The notes under the pieces were generated by a model that searched no databases, was not told where the DNA came from, and saw only the letters and a list, made by a program, of their open reading frames with translations. This document shows positions 1 to 13,486 of a stretch of DNA of 64,000 bases, in pieces. The translations under genes were made by a program, and so were the position numbers. The stretch spans positions 78,120,001 through 78,184,000 of the forward strand of contig NC_043008.1 of NCBI RefSeq assembly GCF_006345805.1, written 5' to 3'. The stretch is from Octopus sinensis (taxonomy: Eukaryota). Each line of letters opens with the position of its first letter. Within the stretch, counting starts at the first letter, position 1.

Positions 1-385
1 AAGACCCCTCCTCCATGAAAACACCCCAGTTCACAATGCGCATATTATCCAGATGAAAACACACTGCTGCGGCTATGAAATCCTTCCTCGTTCCCCTTAC
101 TCTCCCGACCTTGCACTATCTGACTTCCACTTCTTGCCAAACATGATGTCATTTTTTTACGGCGAAGCGCTTTCCGAATGAGGATGAACTTATTTCCGAT
201 GTTAGTCTTGGCTCCAGAAGCAACCTACCGACTTCTACGGACAAGGTCTTCACAGCTACATAAAGCGATGGGAAAAGTGTGTCAACATTGATGGTTGTTC
301 TGTAGAGAAGGACAAATAATTATGCCAAGTTTCGTTTATCTCAGTCCTTGGGAAGTGGGTCAGGGGCAATTTTTAATGAGCGCCA
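1..385 (+). mobile_element. Mariner transposon 3' remnant (degenerate DDD transposase C-terminus), runs off window start
   Basis: Translates with frameshifts as LLHENTPVH...PYSPDLALSDFHFLP...RWEKCVNIDG..VEKDK*, matching the mariner HDNAPxH / YSPDLAPSDF / RWEKCV motifs. Confidence 0.85.
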
Positions 386-2089
386 CTTACAATTAACTAA
401 CAACTAATTTCCACCGCTACTATTTAAAAAGTGTAAGTATTGTATGTTATTATCCATTAAAGGCATACACTCATCATATCTTTGTTGAAGATGTTACTAG
501 ATCTGTGATGTTGCAGATGAAACTGACTAATATGTAGGTTGGCTTAAAATCTTTAAGATATCAACAAATGCCTTTAAGCAACAGTACTACTTTTTTTTTT
601 AACTTCATAAGTTAATGAGTTTTGAGCTTGAAGAAGTCACGAAATGCACTCAACTGATTTAAAAAGAAATGACTTATAGAGTAATGTAACTTGAGATAAA
701 CTATTTTTGAGAGAACGGAGTGATTAAAATTAAAATCTTTTTGATGACGAGAATGCCGAACGTCGGTTAACATAGGTATAAACAAGTCCAGCATTATAAT
801 TTAAAATTAATTAGAATACAATACCTAAATTAATTATTATTTCGTGTGGATTATTATAGTAAGGGATATTGGATATGAACTTGATAGAATTGACATGCTT
901 TAAAGAAAGGGAAATATTATCTTTTGTTAAATTATGAGATTCTAGTTGCCTGCAATGTATTTCCTATTTTGTTTGTCTTGTAAGTGTTTCAGAACCTCCT
1001 GTTTCACGTCTAGCAGATACTTAACTTCGAATATTTATCTTTTGTTGGATAATTTTTAAATATTACTAGTTTTACCTTATCATCACGAGAAATCCCGCTG
1101 TTCCTTGTATATTTTACTTGCATTCATGGAAATTAAAAATGTATGTCACTACTCCTAGCTATTTTGTTGAATCAAAAGTGAATAAGTGATTAGTATTCTT
1201 CTACAATATTGCAAATAGACGAATTCATGTAGAGAATTGGAAATGTCGAAAACAAAAGATATCGACAATTTCATGCATTACGATATTTGCTTTTAGGCTT
1301 TGAAAAATAGATGCATTTATTTGTCAACTGTTGCAGAATTAATTCATCATCGTTAGTGAACCATTGTGGTAGCTAAAGCATTCATTTATCGTTACATCAT
1401 TTAATTACTGCCTACTAAAAATATTTAGCCTCGTTTGAAGCATTCCAGGTATCTTATCTGGTGTTTTGCAAATACATATTTTATAGCTTTCTGCTTCGCT
1501 TCCCATCAGATGATTTGTGTTGTCTGTGGGGAAACTTTTCCTAATAAATTATTTGGCTTAAGTAGGATCCAATTACTGTTATTAATGCAACCGATTTTAG
1601 AATATGTTTGAACTATTAAAGGTAGATCTTCATTGTATTTTCAGATATATAGATATCATTAGGGCGTTTAAAAGCTGTAGATGCTTCTTGAATTCGTACA
1701 TTACATCATGGGTTCGTGCTAATAGAGCAGTGTTTCAACAAATAGTTTCAGGGCCGAACAACCAGGTACCACTCAGAGACATTGATACACCATGACTATG
1801 CCTAATTGAGAAACATACTGCACACTCCACGAGGCAGTGGTTAATCTCTTGGACTGCAGTGTGGCAGTCTGGATATGTCTCTCGTTTAATCACTTGATTC
1901 TGATGGCGGCACCACTAGGGCAGAACGGTTGCAGTTATTTGGCACTTATCAGTATCATCCAAGCACAGTGGTTGGTGCTAGTGAGGCTATCGATACTGAA
2001 GCAATTTTTGTGTTCATCATTTCATGATTATATTCGTTAGTTTGAGCGGTGGTGGTGGTGGTGGGTGAAGTGTTAGTAGTTCGTTCCCG

Positions 2090-3230
2090 TTTTCTGTTGG
2101 GGTTGTCTATTTTCTATTATGTGTCACCTCTGTAATCTGTCTGAGTGTCGTGTCTGTTCTATGTCTTGATAAGTTCCTAACATCTATGTTATCTATAGTG
2201 TCCTAATTTAGCATGTTGGTATAGCACCGATGAGCTTTTCTCTTCCTTGGGTTCTCACCAGTGTTCACTTATCCTCTCACCTATGTTTCCTATTTCTGCA
2301 CCTTCTATACACCATATACTATAGAATGCATTTCTAGCTTTGCAGTTTATCTGTGGGTTTACTCTTCACAATATACAGTTCTTCTCACTACAGAGGGATC
2401 TTTCAAATGGGCATGTTCTACAGATCATGGATTTTATGGGAGTTCCTGGCCTTTCTAATACACAATTTACCTGAAGCTTTTCTGAAATGATACGCTGGTT
2501 CTCCTCCGTCGACGAACCTGACACTCTAGTAGTTTTGGCTGTCATACCATAAGTTGGCCTTGCCTATCTTCTAAGTCCTCTCTATGCTATTCCATGATTT
2601 AATCCTGTATAGTGAACAGATCTTATTTGCGTCATTCTAAGATGGTCTTGAATATTGTCATGGCTCCTTTGAACACTCTGATCCCGTCTCTTTGGTTTTA
2701 CTCAGAAAACTACATGTATTTGGAGGCCATGGGTTTGGTATAGAGAGAATGGAGAACGTGGACCTTGTAATTCCTAGTTTCTAGTTCAGTATCTAAAACA
2801 GGTAATCTGTAGTTGGGATGCTTTCTAGAGTAATCTATTGTTACCTTAATACTCAGGTGGATGGAGTTAGCTCTTTGCTGGATGATCTCCATAATCCAAG
2901 TTCAGGTTCATGTGGAGGTGCTTTTGGTATTATGTTGATATCTTCAACATAGCAAGAGTATGTTCCCTCAAACGGCCAGGGATGGAATAAACAATGTTCT
3001 GAAGGACGTCGTCTGGGATATCATTGAGAACCTCCTGAATCCGTGTCTCCAAGTCCTCCAGTGTTCGCGGTTTTGTCTTGAATACCTCCTCTTCTGTGTA
3101 ACCCCACGGGTAAATATCACTTTTGCTACTATGTTTATATCGTCAACATAGCTAGAGTGCAGGCTTAGAATTATGGAGCTCTCTGCTAACCGTTGCTCGA
3201 GTCTCCTATCCTACCATGTCATAAGGACTC
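2090..3230 (-). mobile_element. Degenerate Penelope-like element (RT thumb/linker remnant)
   Basis: Minus strand gives YVDDINIV (about 3125-3150) and ANSIHLSIKVTIDYSRKHPNYRLPVLDTEL...HSLYTKPMASKY (ORF 2710-2892), typical of PLE RT; many stops and frameshifts. Confidence 0.7.
2968..3108 (-). mobile_element. Tc1/mariner-type transposase C-terminal fragment embedded in the PLE remnant
   Basis: Reads WGYTEEEVFKTKPRTLEDLETRIQEVLNDIPDDVLQNIVYSIPGRLR, resembling the WGYLKxxVYxxKPxTLEDLxxRI tail of Tc1-like transposases. Confidence 0.7.
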
Positions 3231-3252
3231 CTTCTCTTCCTGGCATATCCAG

Positions 3253-3372
<120 letters not shown>

Positions 3373-3613
3373 ATAGATAGATAGTTAACATGGCAGTCCA
3401 GGAAAATAGGACGAATGCTGCCGTTGATTAGCTCCAAGAAGCCATCGACTCTGGCTAGCTATGTGACACACGCACCTGTGTCCATTACAACCTTCGAACA
3501 GGAGAGGTCAGCCGCTTCCCCTTGCTGGTCTCGCAGCTGCAGACTAGTTTCGGGGTATTCGGGGTGATGTAGAGCAGCTGAACCCAGCAGGCGTCTGTCT
3601 GTCTGTATGTATG

Positions 3614-3645
<32 letters not shown>

Positions 3646-3767
3646 CATGTATGCATGTATGTATGTATGTATGTATGTATGCATGTATGTATGTATGTAT
3701 GTATGTGTAAATATATATATATGTACGTGTATATACGTGTGTGTGAGTGAATGTGTGTGTGTAAATA

Positions 3768-4199
3768 TGAAGTGAATGTACACGAAGTACGTTCTTTGCT
3801 AGAAATAGCAGCTGATAAGTTATCGGTGCAATGAAGAGCTTCGCTGAATGTTTAACAGGCAGAGATGTTTGCGGCCGGTGAATATAAGAACATTCTGTCT
3901 TACTTCTACGATGGCCATTAGGGGAATGGAGGATAATCCAAGACTGCAGTTTTGAAATCTTCAGATCACGTGTGTATATGCACATGAATCTGATTGTTTC
4001 TCATCAGTAGGATGTGCCGTAACGACCGAAATTTCCAACATATTCACTACATCTTTGCTTTACATCGTAGAGGTAAGACCGAATGTTCCCATTTTCACTG
4101 TCCGCAAACATCTATCCTGTTAAACATTCAGCGAAGCTCTACATAGCACCGATAACTTGTCTGCTATTTCTAGAACGTACTTCGTGTACATTCACTTCA
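3768..4199. mobile_element. MITE with long (about 140 bp) imperfect terminal inverted repeats and TA flanks
   Basis: TGAAGTGAATGTACACGAAGTACGTTCT...CTACGATG (3768-3913) is the reverse complement of CATCGTAG...AGAACGTACTTCGTGTACATTCACTTCA (about 4063-4199); TA at 3766-3767 and 4200-4201; no ORF. Confidence 0.85.
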
Positions 4200-4254
4200 T
4201 AATTATAATTCCACCTCTTATGGTGCTATATTCTTAAAATTTATATCTTATATA

Positions 4255-5507
4255 TTGGGTTGGCAACTAAGTTCTCGCCGTTTTTTTTTTAATTCAAAAT
4301 TTTCAACAGGTTTAATAAAAAAAATAACAATTAATTAATCAATAATGTATTCACCCTTGTTGTTTACAACTTCCCAACGTTCAACAAGATTTTCCATACC
4401 TCGTTGGTAGAAGTCACCCAATTTCAACTCGAAAAATTGATCCAACCAAGCTCTCAATTCTGCATCAGTATTGAACGAAACACCGCGCATAGCATTTAAA
4501 AGAGATCGAAAGAGGTGGAAATCCGTTGGTGCCAAATCAGGAGAGTACGGCGAGTGTGGTAGCACTTCCCAGCCATGAATTTGATGGCTTCTTTGGTCAT
4601 ATTGGCGATATGAGGGGGGAGCGTTGTCGTGCAGCAGAAGAACTCCATGCTGCCGAGATTAGGTCTTTTCTCTGTTGGACATAGAGTTCCGCGTTGACCG
4701 TTTGGTTTCGTTGAAGCAATTCGTAATGGATAATTCCTTCCCAATCCCACCATACGCACAACATCGTTTTACGCGGATGAAGATCTTGTTTCACGCGCGG
4801 TGCCCGCTTGTTTACCAGAGTTAAGCTATTCTTCACGCTGCTTAATATTGATGTACAGGCACCATTTTCGTCGCTAGTAACGATTCGTTGCTTATGTCCC
4901 TGAGTTGAGCGATGACCAGCTAGCAAACCAGCTGAGATTGTGGCTCGTTGATTTTTGTTGTTGTCACTTAAAGCATGCAGAACCCATGCTCCATACTTCT
5001 AAACATCCATCGAGTGAAGATGCTTCTCTATAGCAGTGTGGGAGCATTTCATTCTCTCTGCCAGTTCCCTTGTCATTTGACGAGAATTTTCGTGTAGAAG
5101 TTGGTTTAATCGCTCTTCATCGAACTCAACTGGATGACCAGAACGAGGTGCGTCTTTGAGGTCAAAATTTCCATTTTTGAATTTGGCATACCAATCACGA
5201 GCGGTTATTTCAGCTACGGCACCCTCTCCATACACAGCTCAAATGACGCGAGCAGCTTTTGCAGCCTTAGAACCTTGATTAACAGCAAAAAAAGGAGGTG
5301 TCGAAAATGCTCGTTTTTTTTAAAACTTGACATTCTATTTTAATGAACTGAAAATAAACAAAAATTAACTAAAATTAACCAGAAAAAAAAAAATTGATTC
5401 CAAAATGATTCAAAAATAGAATTCTAGAAAAAAATAGATTCCAAAATTTAAAAACGCAATAAATTCCAAAATTTAAAATAACGGCGGGAACTTACTTGCT
5501 AACCCAA
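4255..5507 (-). mobile_element. Full-length but inactivated mariner element (D,D34D-type)
   Basis: TIRs TTGGGTTGGCAACTAAGTTCTCGCCGTT and AACGGCGGGAACTTACTTGCTAACCCAA with TA on both sides; ORF pieces YGEGAV..WYAKFKNGNFDLKDAPRSG, IVTSDE, KTMLCVWWDWEG, LLHDNAPP, YSPDLAPTDFHLF; frameshifted. Confidence 0.95.
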
Positions 5508-5904
5508 TATATATATATATATATATATATATAGGGAGAATTCACAAAGAAAAAACAAAAGACGAAGATAGGTAGTGTAGAAAACAAACAGATGTATTAG
5601 TATAACGCTCGGGAATTGAAAAAGTCTTTAATGTTTCAAGCCTACGCTCTTCCATAGAAAGGAACACAGAAAGAAACAAGGAGAGAAACAAGGAGAGAAA
5701 ACAAATGTAGATAGTGGTTAGCGATCTATCATGGCAAATGCCGGACAGAAGGGTCACACAAGAGAGCTAAGAAGAAGGGGAGATAACAAAGTAGTAGTGA
5801 TCCCAAAACGAAGGTGTGCGTTTGTGTAAGAGAGTACGTAGGTGAGCGTGAAAGAGGGCTGGTGATCTTGACGTGTGCGTGTATGTGTATATATATATAT
5901 TCTT

Positions 5905-5975
5905 TCATTCCTTTATTTTATTATCTTACATGTTTCAGTCATTTGACTGCAGCCATGCTTGAGCTGTACCTTAAA
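5905..5975 (-). mobile_element. 3' fragment of the tRNA-derived SINE family seen at 16618
   Basis: TGTTTCAGTCATTTGACTGCAGCCATGCT is the reverse complement of the SINE tail AGCATGGCCGCAGTCAAATGATTGAAACA at about 16956-16983. Confidence 0.7.
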
Positions 5976-7479
5976 GAATTTTAGTGGAATTTTTAGTAGA
6001 AATCCCAGGTTGGCATCTCAAAGGAGCAGGGGTCACTTCAGACTTGGTCGGCAACCCCTTAATAAAAACACCGATGGTTGCACCACCTCAACACTAAAAT
6101 TCTCAGGAGTAAAAATACAAAGATATAAAACAATGGATTGAACGAGATTGGCATTTAAATCAGTGCACATGGTGGATTTGGACTCTCGAAGCCTTGACTA
6201 ACAACCAACCTCGTGAATGTGTCACGATAAATATGCTGGTGACTGCACAAACTTACAAATGCTACCTCTAAATGAATGATATCAAAATTAAATAATAACC
6301 ACCACCTATTTTGTTATCGTTCTGAAATAATTTAATTCCATTAAAGCTTATAAATTTTCCACAAAATTACTCTTATATTGTGCTTTAAGTACAATCGTGA
6401 AATATTTTAAGTTTCCGTCACTTACGTCTGTTTTCAAAATTTACAAACCTTCATATTTATTGATGTATGTGAGAAAGGTTTATATCATATTGACACTGTG
6501 TTCACGCAAAACCAGTTACTGTAAAGTTGCTCCATTTTTTCTTGTTTCTCTGGAATATAGACGCTCTATGAGTATGATTTCATTCTAAGAGTACATGAGA
6601 AACCGATTTTTAGCCATTTAAATATAAAGAATTCGAAAACTAGATGTTTTATCAAGTCACCCGAACATATTGTAAGGCGTTTCTAAGATCAAGAAACAAA
6701 CTCTGAAACGTACTGACGAAATAAAAATATGTTCAAGTTCTCGTATTTTCCCAGTGCATGAACAAAAAAGATGGTAAAAAACACGAAGTTAAGTGGCTAC
6801 AAACAAGAGAAGTAAAAATAAAACAACTAGTCTGAATTCATACATATTTATTTCAGTCAAGCTGTTTTGGATTACTACATGGGTTTTATATATTTGTATT
6901 TATGTTTTATATACAAATGACGCAATTCTGTATGACCTTGTACAACATAAAAGTATATTTCATAATTATTTTCAGTTTTTGTCAAGCAAGATATGCACTT
7001 CAAGTGAATATGTATATAAACTTTCTCCCTCTTGTTAGCTCTCTCTCACAAACACTTACATATGCAACTACATATATACATGTATGCATACACACAAATA
7101 CAGGAAAAAATACGAACATTAACACACTCGCACACATCAACGTACATATATATATTATATATATATATATATATATAAACTTATAAATGTATCATACTAA
7201 AAAAATTCATTATATGCAATTGAGGAAGTATTTAATTAAAGTAGCCATGTTTGTATAATAACTCATCTAAACACTCTGATGATAGGCAGGTTACTGTCGT
7301 ATTTGTCCTGCAATATCTTTTTGGGACTTGCTGTCTTACAAACACAATATCGGAAAGAGACGAAAATTCATCCCAACGGGGTGCCAAATGCATTTCGTTG
7401 GACGAGAATTCATTGCATCTCAAATATTGAAAAGAGGCATGTGGCGCTCTTGCTGATCCCTACAGGGACGGAGTTTCGT

Positions 7480-7910
7480 TTCTCTGATACTTATTGCGTT
7501 TTTAACACAAGAAAAGCTTCCCAGAAATGCTATCTCAGGATAAATACTGCAGTAAGCTACTTATTAACAGTGGGTATATATAACGCATGATATACTGATG
7601 ACCATTTTAATCAAATACTGCCTTAGTTGCATATACCAGATTCTTAACCAGCCGAGCAGCTATTCACAACATCAGTGAATGTTAGTTGAAAAGGCTAAAA
7701 ATGCCGAAATGACTCTGGAGCGTTCGCTGGCCGCTGCAGTAACACATTTTCGTCACTGATGTTTATTGTTTTTAACACAGTAAGTCCACAAGAAAAGTTA
7801 TCTCAGGACAAATACTGCAGCAACTGGTCTGTAGATAGTGTGAATGCTTTAAGTATTATTGGCTGATGGCTATTTTAATTAAATATTGCCGCAATTTTGT
7901 ATACCAGGTA
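7480..7910. repeat. Diverged direct repeat (two copies of about 160 bp)
   Basis: TTATTG..TTTTAACACA...TATCTCAGGA.AAATACTGCAG...CTGATG..CATTTTAAT.AAATA.TGCC..A.TT..TATACCAG occurs at about 7490-7640 and 7760-7910. Confidence 0.75.
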
Positions 7911-7916
7911 TCTGTA

Positions 7917-8817
7917 CAGGGTGCGATGGGTAAATTGTCGCCATTTCGATGGGTAAATTTCGTGCATGCGCATTGTTTGTTTTAATTTTGGCGACTACAC
8001 AGTATTGTAGGGTCAGTTAAGCACCGTCTGTGAGAAAAGCAGCTCTATGACACCATTCATTCTGCCAGAAATTTGGAAACGATATGTTGTATTGCTTGGT
8101 ATTCGCGCCGGAAGCTCCAATACAAACATTTCAAAGTGTTGTGTGTAAATCTGTTGACGTGCCGTGTCACCAAAACGTACCGCGTGATAAAAGTCAAACA
8201 TCCAGTCAACAGCATGGTGTTTGGAGTGATCATTAGTGATGGCGACGTTATGGCTCCATCTTCCCACACAACCTTAGACTCATTACGGAGGCCTACATCG
8301 AATGCCTGAAGGAGGTAGTGCTGCCCTGGGTCAAGAGGATGGTTGCTGAAGACCCTATGTCTAGAAACAGGACTCTGCACTATTCCATACAAGCAAGCTA
8401 TTCCATACAGTCATGGCTGTCAGGCAATTTCTACGACCACATTACCCCTAACATCTGGCCACCTAACTCTTTAGACTGCAACACCCTTGGTTATTATGTG
8501 TGGGGTGCAGTTGAGCGAGAGAACAACAAAACTCCTTGTAACACCAAAGATGAACTGAAAGCAAGGATTATGGCAGCAATCATCAACTTAAACAAGGAGA
8601 CCGTCCAGAAGAGTTGCAGGAGATTCCGAAGTCGTCTGGAGCCGTGGTTTAAGCCAATGACAATCTTATTGAATTGTCACACTGTTTAGTATTTCAAGAT
8701 AAACACTGTTTAATATCTCAAGATATTTTAATATAATTTTTGTAAATATATCTGTTAAAATGAGATGTCAGTGTTGCTTTTGCGTAATTTAGACGACCGT
8801 TTATTCACCACACTATG
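7917..8817 (+). mobile_element. Internally deleted maT/DD37D-like Tc1/mariner transposon
   Basis: Starts TA|CAGGGTGCGATGGGTAAATTGTCGCC and ends with a diverged inverted copy; protein pieces PEIWKRYVVLLGIRAGSSN, VKHPVNSMVFGVIISDG, IWPPNSLDCNTLGYYVWGAVERE..TKDELKARI. Confidence 0.8.
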
Positions 8818-8819
8818 TA

Positions 8820-8820
8820 T

Positions 8821-8861
<41 letters not shown>

Positions 8862-9014
8862 GAGAGATAGATAGATAGATAGATAGACAGACAGGTAGAT
8901 ATAGATAGAGACAGAGATATATAAATATATATATGTATATATATCCATATATATATACATATACATACATATATGTATGTATAGATATATATATATATAC
9001 ATACATACATACAA

Positions 9015-9092
<78 letters not shown>

Positions 9093-9095
9093 TGT
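8820..9095. repeat. Compound (GA)n/(GATA)n/(TA)n microsatellite
   Basis: Direct reading. Confidence 0.95.
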
Positions 9096-9625
9096 GTGAA
9101 TAAATAAATGGAGTTTAACGCAGGTGTAATCAAATATTTTTACTTTCGACACATGTTTCGAAAATTCTACTGATACTATTCAAAAGAATAAATGGTATAA
9201 ACAATGCAATCTTCTCCCCAGGAAAGTGAAAAGAACGAAACTCGTCAATAAGACATTTTAGCAAAAAATGATGGATTTGTATAGCGATTGACAGAACGCT
9301 ATTAATATTGTTTAAAAAAACGTTATATGATATAACGTCGTAAGTAGCTAACAGAAAGAGTAGGGATATTAATAGTGAATGTTAAATATAAAGGAAATTA
9401 AAGTTTAAATTATATATAATGATAGAGACTACTTATATGCACTAAACGTATGTTTTTGCCAATGCTTACATCTGTATGCTCGCTCTATAACCGTGTTTAC
9501 TAGAGTATTTTTAGAAAAAATAATGAAAAATAGCTCAGAATTGCGGAGGAGACAGTTTCTTGTATTTTTACCTTGTTTACAATTAACATTCTTGTATTAA
9601 TTGTTAACAAGGTAAAAATACACTC

Positions 9626-9660
<35 letters not shown>

Positions 9661-9669
<9 letters not shown>

Positions 9670-10033
9670 ATTTGGTGACGGTCATGTTGCCAGTTTAGCC
9701 AATGAAAACACATAACCTATACATTTGGTGTTCACTTGCTTCAGCTTTATTTTATATTAATTGTATTTCGGTCAGAGTTCTTTCGTCACACTTCTTTGAC
9801 CTTATCAGTGTTCCTTTGCTTTCTTCTTTCTTTTCTGTATCTCTCCTTCCTAACGATATGCCATTTTGAAGAAAACAAAGAGCCACTGATGAGGTGACAA
9901 AAGTGTGACAAAAGAACTCTGGTCGAAGTACAATTAATATAAAATAAAGCTGAAGTAAGTGGACACCAAATATATAGTGCGTGTGTTTTTATTGGCTAAA
10001 CTGGCAACATGTCAATCCCCAAATACAACAATA
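9661..10033. mobile_element. Fold-back element with 150 bp diverged arms carrying hammerhead-like cores
   Basis: 9661-9810 is the reverse complement of 9884-10033; the arm consensus reads CUGAUGA-GGUCA..UGACC-GAAA outward; abuts (TA)n on the left. Confidence 0.75.
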
Positions 10034-10083
10034 TCTGTTTCAACACACAAATTGACACGAAGAATCTTGCAAAATGAATATAA

Positions 10084-10125
<42 letters not shown>

Positions 10126-11601
10126 CTGATGCTAATCTACAGCGTTATTCAGTGTTTCCATGTCTTTATAGGCCTTGTTGACAAGAACATATGCAATGAA
10201 ATTCAATATAGCGTCAAAACTCGATATCCTCCTTGTCTGACCCCGGTGGTATGTGGGTGCATAGAAATCCAGTAATGAGTCACTATTAAAAGGACCACAG
10301 AAGTTGAGGTTGTTGAAAAAAGCGTAAATATGGAGAGGATATCTTAAATATTATTGATGAAACCGTAGCATTGGTGAGATGATAATATAAGTTTTTTAGT
10401 AAGCTTCGACTAGAAGCTCTGGTACTCAGAAACATATATAGCACAGTAACGAACACTGATACTAATATAATGATAAACTCAGGAAAATTATCTTTAACCC
10501 ATTTTAATTACTTTAGAATTATGAAACACGGAAATATACTTTCGATGTATCAATATGTATCTACGGTGTAAAAATATTGGATGTTGTAGAAATATATATA
10601 ACACATGCACTAAGATTCCACAACTAGGCAATAACAAGTGACACGCTGTGTCTCATATAATGAACTGACATGCCATGTTAAGTAGTATATTCAAAGAATT
10701 TAATTTAAAACATACACTAAATATAAACAAGAATATGTATGTTACATATAATAGTAAACACTATTAGGCAAATCAAACAGTGGAAAACATAAACCAAAAC
10801 ATAAAAATAAAAATAATTAATATAATATACAAAATATATAAAATATAAAAATTTAAAATTTAAATTATTTAAATTTAACATTTTTAATTTATATTTATCA
10901 ATTTTTATATTTTTTATCTTTTAAATATTTTTTAAATTTTAAATTAATAAATTTTTAAACTTTTAAACTTTTAATTTTTTTTAAATATATATAACTATCA
11001 AAAAGTATTAAAAAGTTTAATATAATATAATAAGTAAAACCACTACGTACGTTTCATGGCCACAACCCAATTCGAATTTCAATAATTTAAATTCAATTAA
11101 AAATTCGAATTACAGTTATAGTCAATATTCAGGTTAATGATAATAGTTAAATAAATAATCAAATATATTTAAACAATATTTTTTGAGAAATAAATAAAAT
11201 AATAATTTTTCTTATAAAAAACTCTATTATCAAACTAGAGACTTTAACAATTATGATTATGCCATACAATCCAATTATAATGTTAAATATTAATTTTTAA
11301 GGTAAAAATAGATAGAAAATGTGTATATTCAGATATGACATGGCTTCAAAAAAGCATAATAAACTCACGAATAACCTAATCACAGTTATAGTCAATATCT
11401 AATTACCAAATTATTTAACAAAAAAATATAATCAAAAAATCAAAAAAGTAAAGATGAAAAAGCAAATTATAAACGTATAACCTATCTTTAAAAAACCATA
11501 TAACTATTTAACGATCAATATATCTCGTTGGCTAATTAAAAACCGTATAATTGAAGGAGCTAGTGTATAGAGCCGGTGTAGAAGCTGCATGTATTACGGA
11601 T

Positions 11602-11660
<59 letters not shown>

Positions 11661-12978
11661 CTTACAAGACACTGATTCAGAGGCGATATATAAAAGTCAC
11701 CTATTCACAACTGTAATTCCATTTCGTAGTCACTTGGTATCTAAAAGATAGAGAAGAAGATAATCTTACAATCAAATGGATCACAGATGCAGCAGTAATT
11801 TAAGCATCTAAAAGGTTTAACCTATTGCTCTGCCAGTCAAAATCTTGTATGGAAGGAACGAAACGGACGCTTCGCCTTTACCTGAGAAAAAATGAAAATT
11901 ACAATCTTACATAGTCCTGTCTTGGAAACGGTCCAATTGCGAATCGATTGTTTATGTAAATTCCAGGATTGCAATCGTGAAAAGGGTCCAAAAACTTGAA
12001 AATCAAACTTGGTTTTTAATCCTTTCAATCAACCCCTGCTCTCTAATCTTGGGCTGCGCAACTGAATGACGCAGTGTACTATTATTATTTTATTGTTTTT
12101 CTAAGTGAGTAAGTGTTATACAAATAAAGAAATATATTCCACGAGTATATCAATATATAACTGCTATAAAATGACGAAATAAATCATTTCATTTAAATTT
12201 ATGTTTTCCTGTACAGTCAAAAGTTGTTTAATTTTTTCACCCAATATTTATACACTTAAATCATTATATTCCTGAGCTTGCAGTGTGTAACCAAAATAAA
12301 TATCTACATCCACACACAGCAGGATGTGAATCCATACGAGCAACTTTCAAAGAAATTATGATTGATATTAGAAGTAATCAAGTCAGTGTATTAGGATATA
12401 AGTTACATTTATTTTAAATTATTAATTTATAAATTTAAGTGTTTCTTAATTCTACTTTTATACAAGATAATATAACATTTACCAATTAAAATTTCCATTT
12501 TAAATTTTAATTTCAATTAACAACATTGTGTGAGATATAAAATTTTACATCTTTTATTACTCCTCCAAAATTTCAATAATTAATCTCAGTTGTTTCCCAT
12601 AAAGGAAACAACCGTTTTGTAATCTAATTACCCCCCTAACTTAATTGGAGATTACATAATAACAAAAGTTGAGCAAAACCCATGTTTGAGGCGGTCTTGT
12701 TTGGATGCCTTTCTGAACTATACTTGAGTGTTGTTATTTCCGTATTATTTAATTATTTGAAGAAACATTGCAAATGTCCAAAAACCGACTGTTGACGTTG
12801 ATTGCATCAAGCGACTGTATATATATATGTATATATATATATACATACATACATATATATATAATTATCTCTAAATGTGACTAGGGTGTTTGAAACATCT
12901 CCGTCGCTAGAAATAAGCAATATAGGTTATTTACATTATTTACAATTGACGAATATTTGTCTTCTTCTTGTTTGTTGT

Positions 12979-13028
12979 TAAGACAACGTTTCGGCTGATA
13001 TACCCTCCGGCCTTCATTAGGTGTCTTA
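12979..13028 (-). ncRNA. Degenerate PLE-type hammerhead-like motif
   Basis: Minus strand: UAAGAC-AC-CUAAUGA-A-GGC..GCC-GAA-ACGU-U-GUCUUA; G5A core mutation, so probably dead. Confidence 0.5.
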
Positions 13029-13103
13029 GGGAAATTTCGAATCTGGATTCTCATTCCTAAGGTATTTTTCGATGTTATTGTTATTATTATTATTATTATG
13101 ATT

Positions 13104-13470
13104 ATTCAGTAGTTTTATTTTTATAGCGTGCTTTCACTTCACTACCGAGCGCAGCTCTGTGTGCCTTAGGTATGTGCTGTGATTTGTTGTGATGCTCTGA
13201 TGGTTATTGTATGGAAAGTGTTCTGCGTAGGATGTGTGCAGTGCCTAGTAGTGCAATTTTCTGTATGTTATATGTGTTTGTAAGTCCTGGTGTTTTTGTT
13301 ATGTATTTGTCTGAATATTTTTTTATCATGCCTAATGCACCTACTATGATAGGAATTGTTTCTGTTTTCAGATTCCACATTCTGGTTACCTCTATTTCCA
13401 GGTCTTTGTATTTTGAAAGTTTCTCCATTTCTTTTAGAGATACGTTGTCATCTGCCGGTATTGATACATC
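13104..13470 (-). mobile_element. R4/Dong-clade non-LTR retrotransposon 3' fragment (copy 1)
   Basis: ORF 13204-13428 EKLSKYKDLEIEVTRMWNLKTETIPIIVGALG...LLGTAHILRR is the restriction-like endonuclease C-terminus; flanked by (ATT)n. Confidence 0.88.
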
Positions 13471-13486
13471 AATTATTATTATTATT

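Noticed and set aside
3540-3590. Hammerhead half (minus strand CCCC-GAA-ACUAGU-C-UGCAG)
   Set aside because: No CUGANGA-like strand in the required position
7275-7305. CTGATGA followed by a GGCAG/CTGTC stem
   Set aside because: Followed by GTAT rather than GAAA; no supporting helices
10780-11560. Extremely AT-rich stretch resembling a mitochondrial control region or NUMT
   Set aside because: No recognisable mitochondrial gene, tRNA or rRNA motif found
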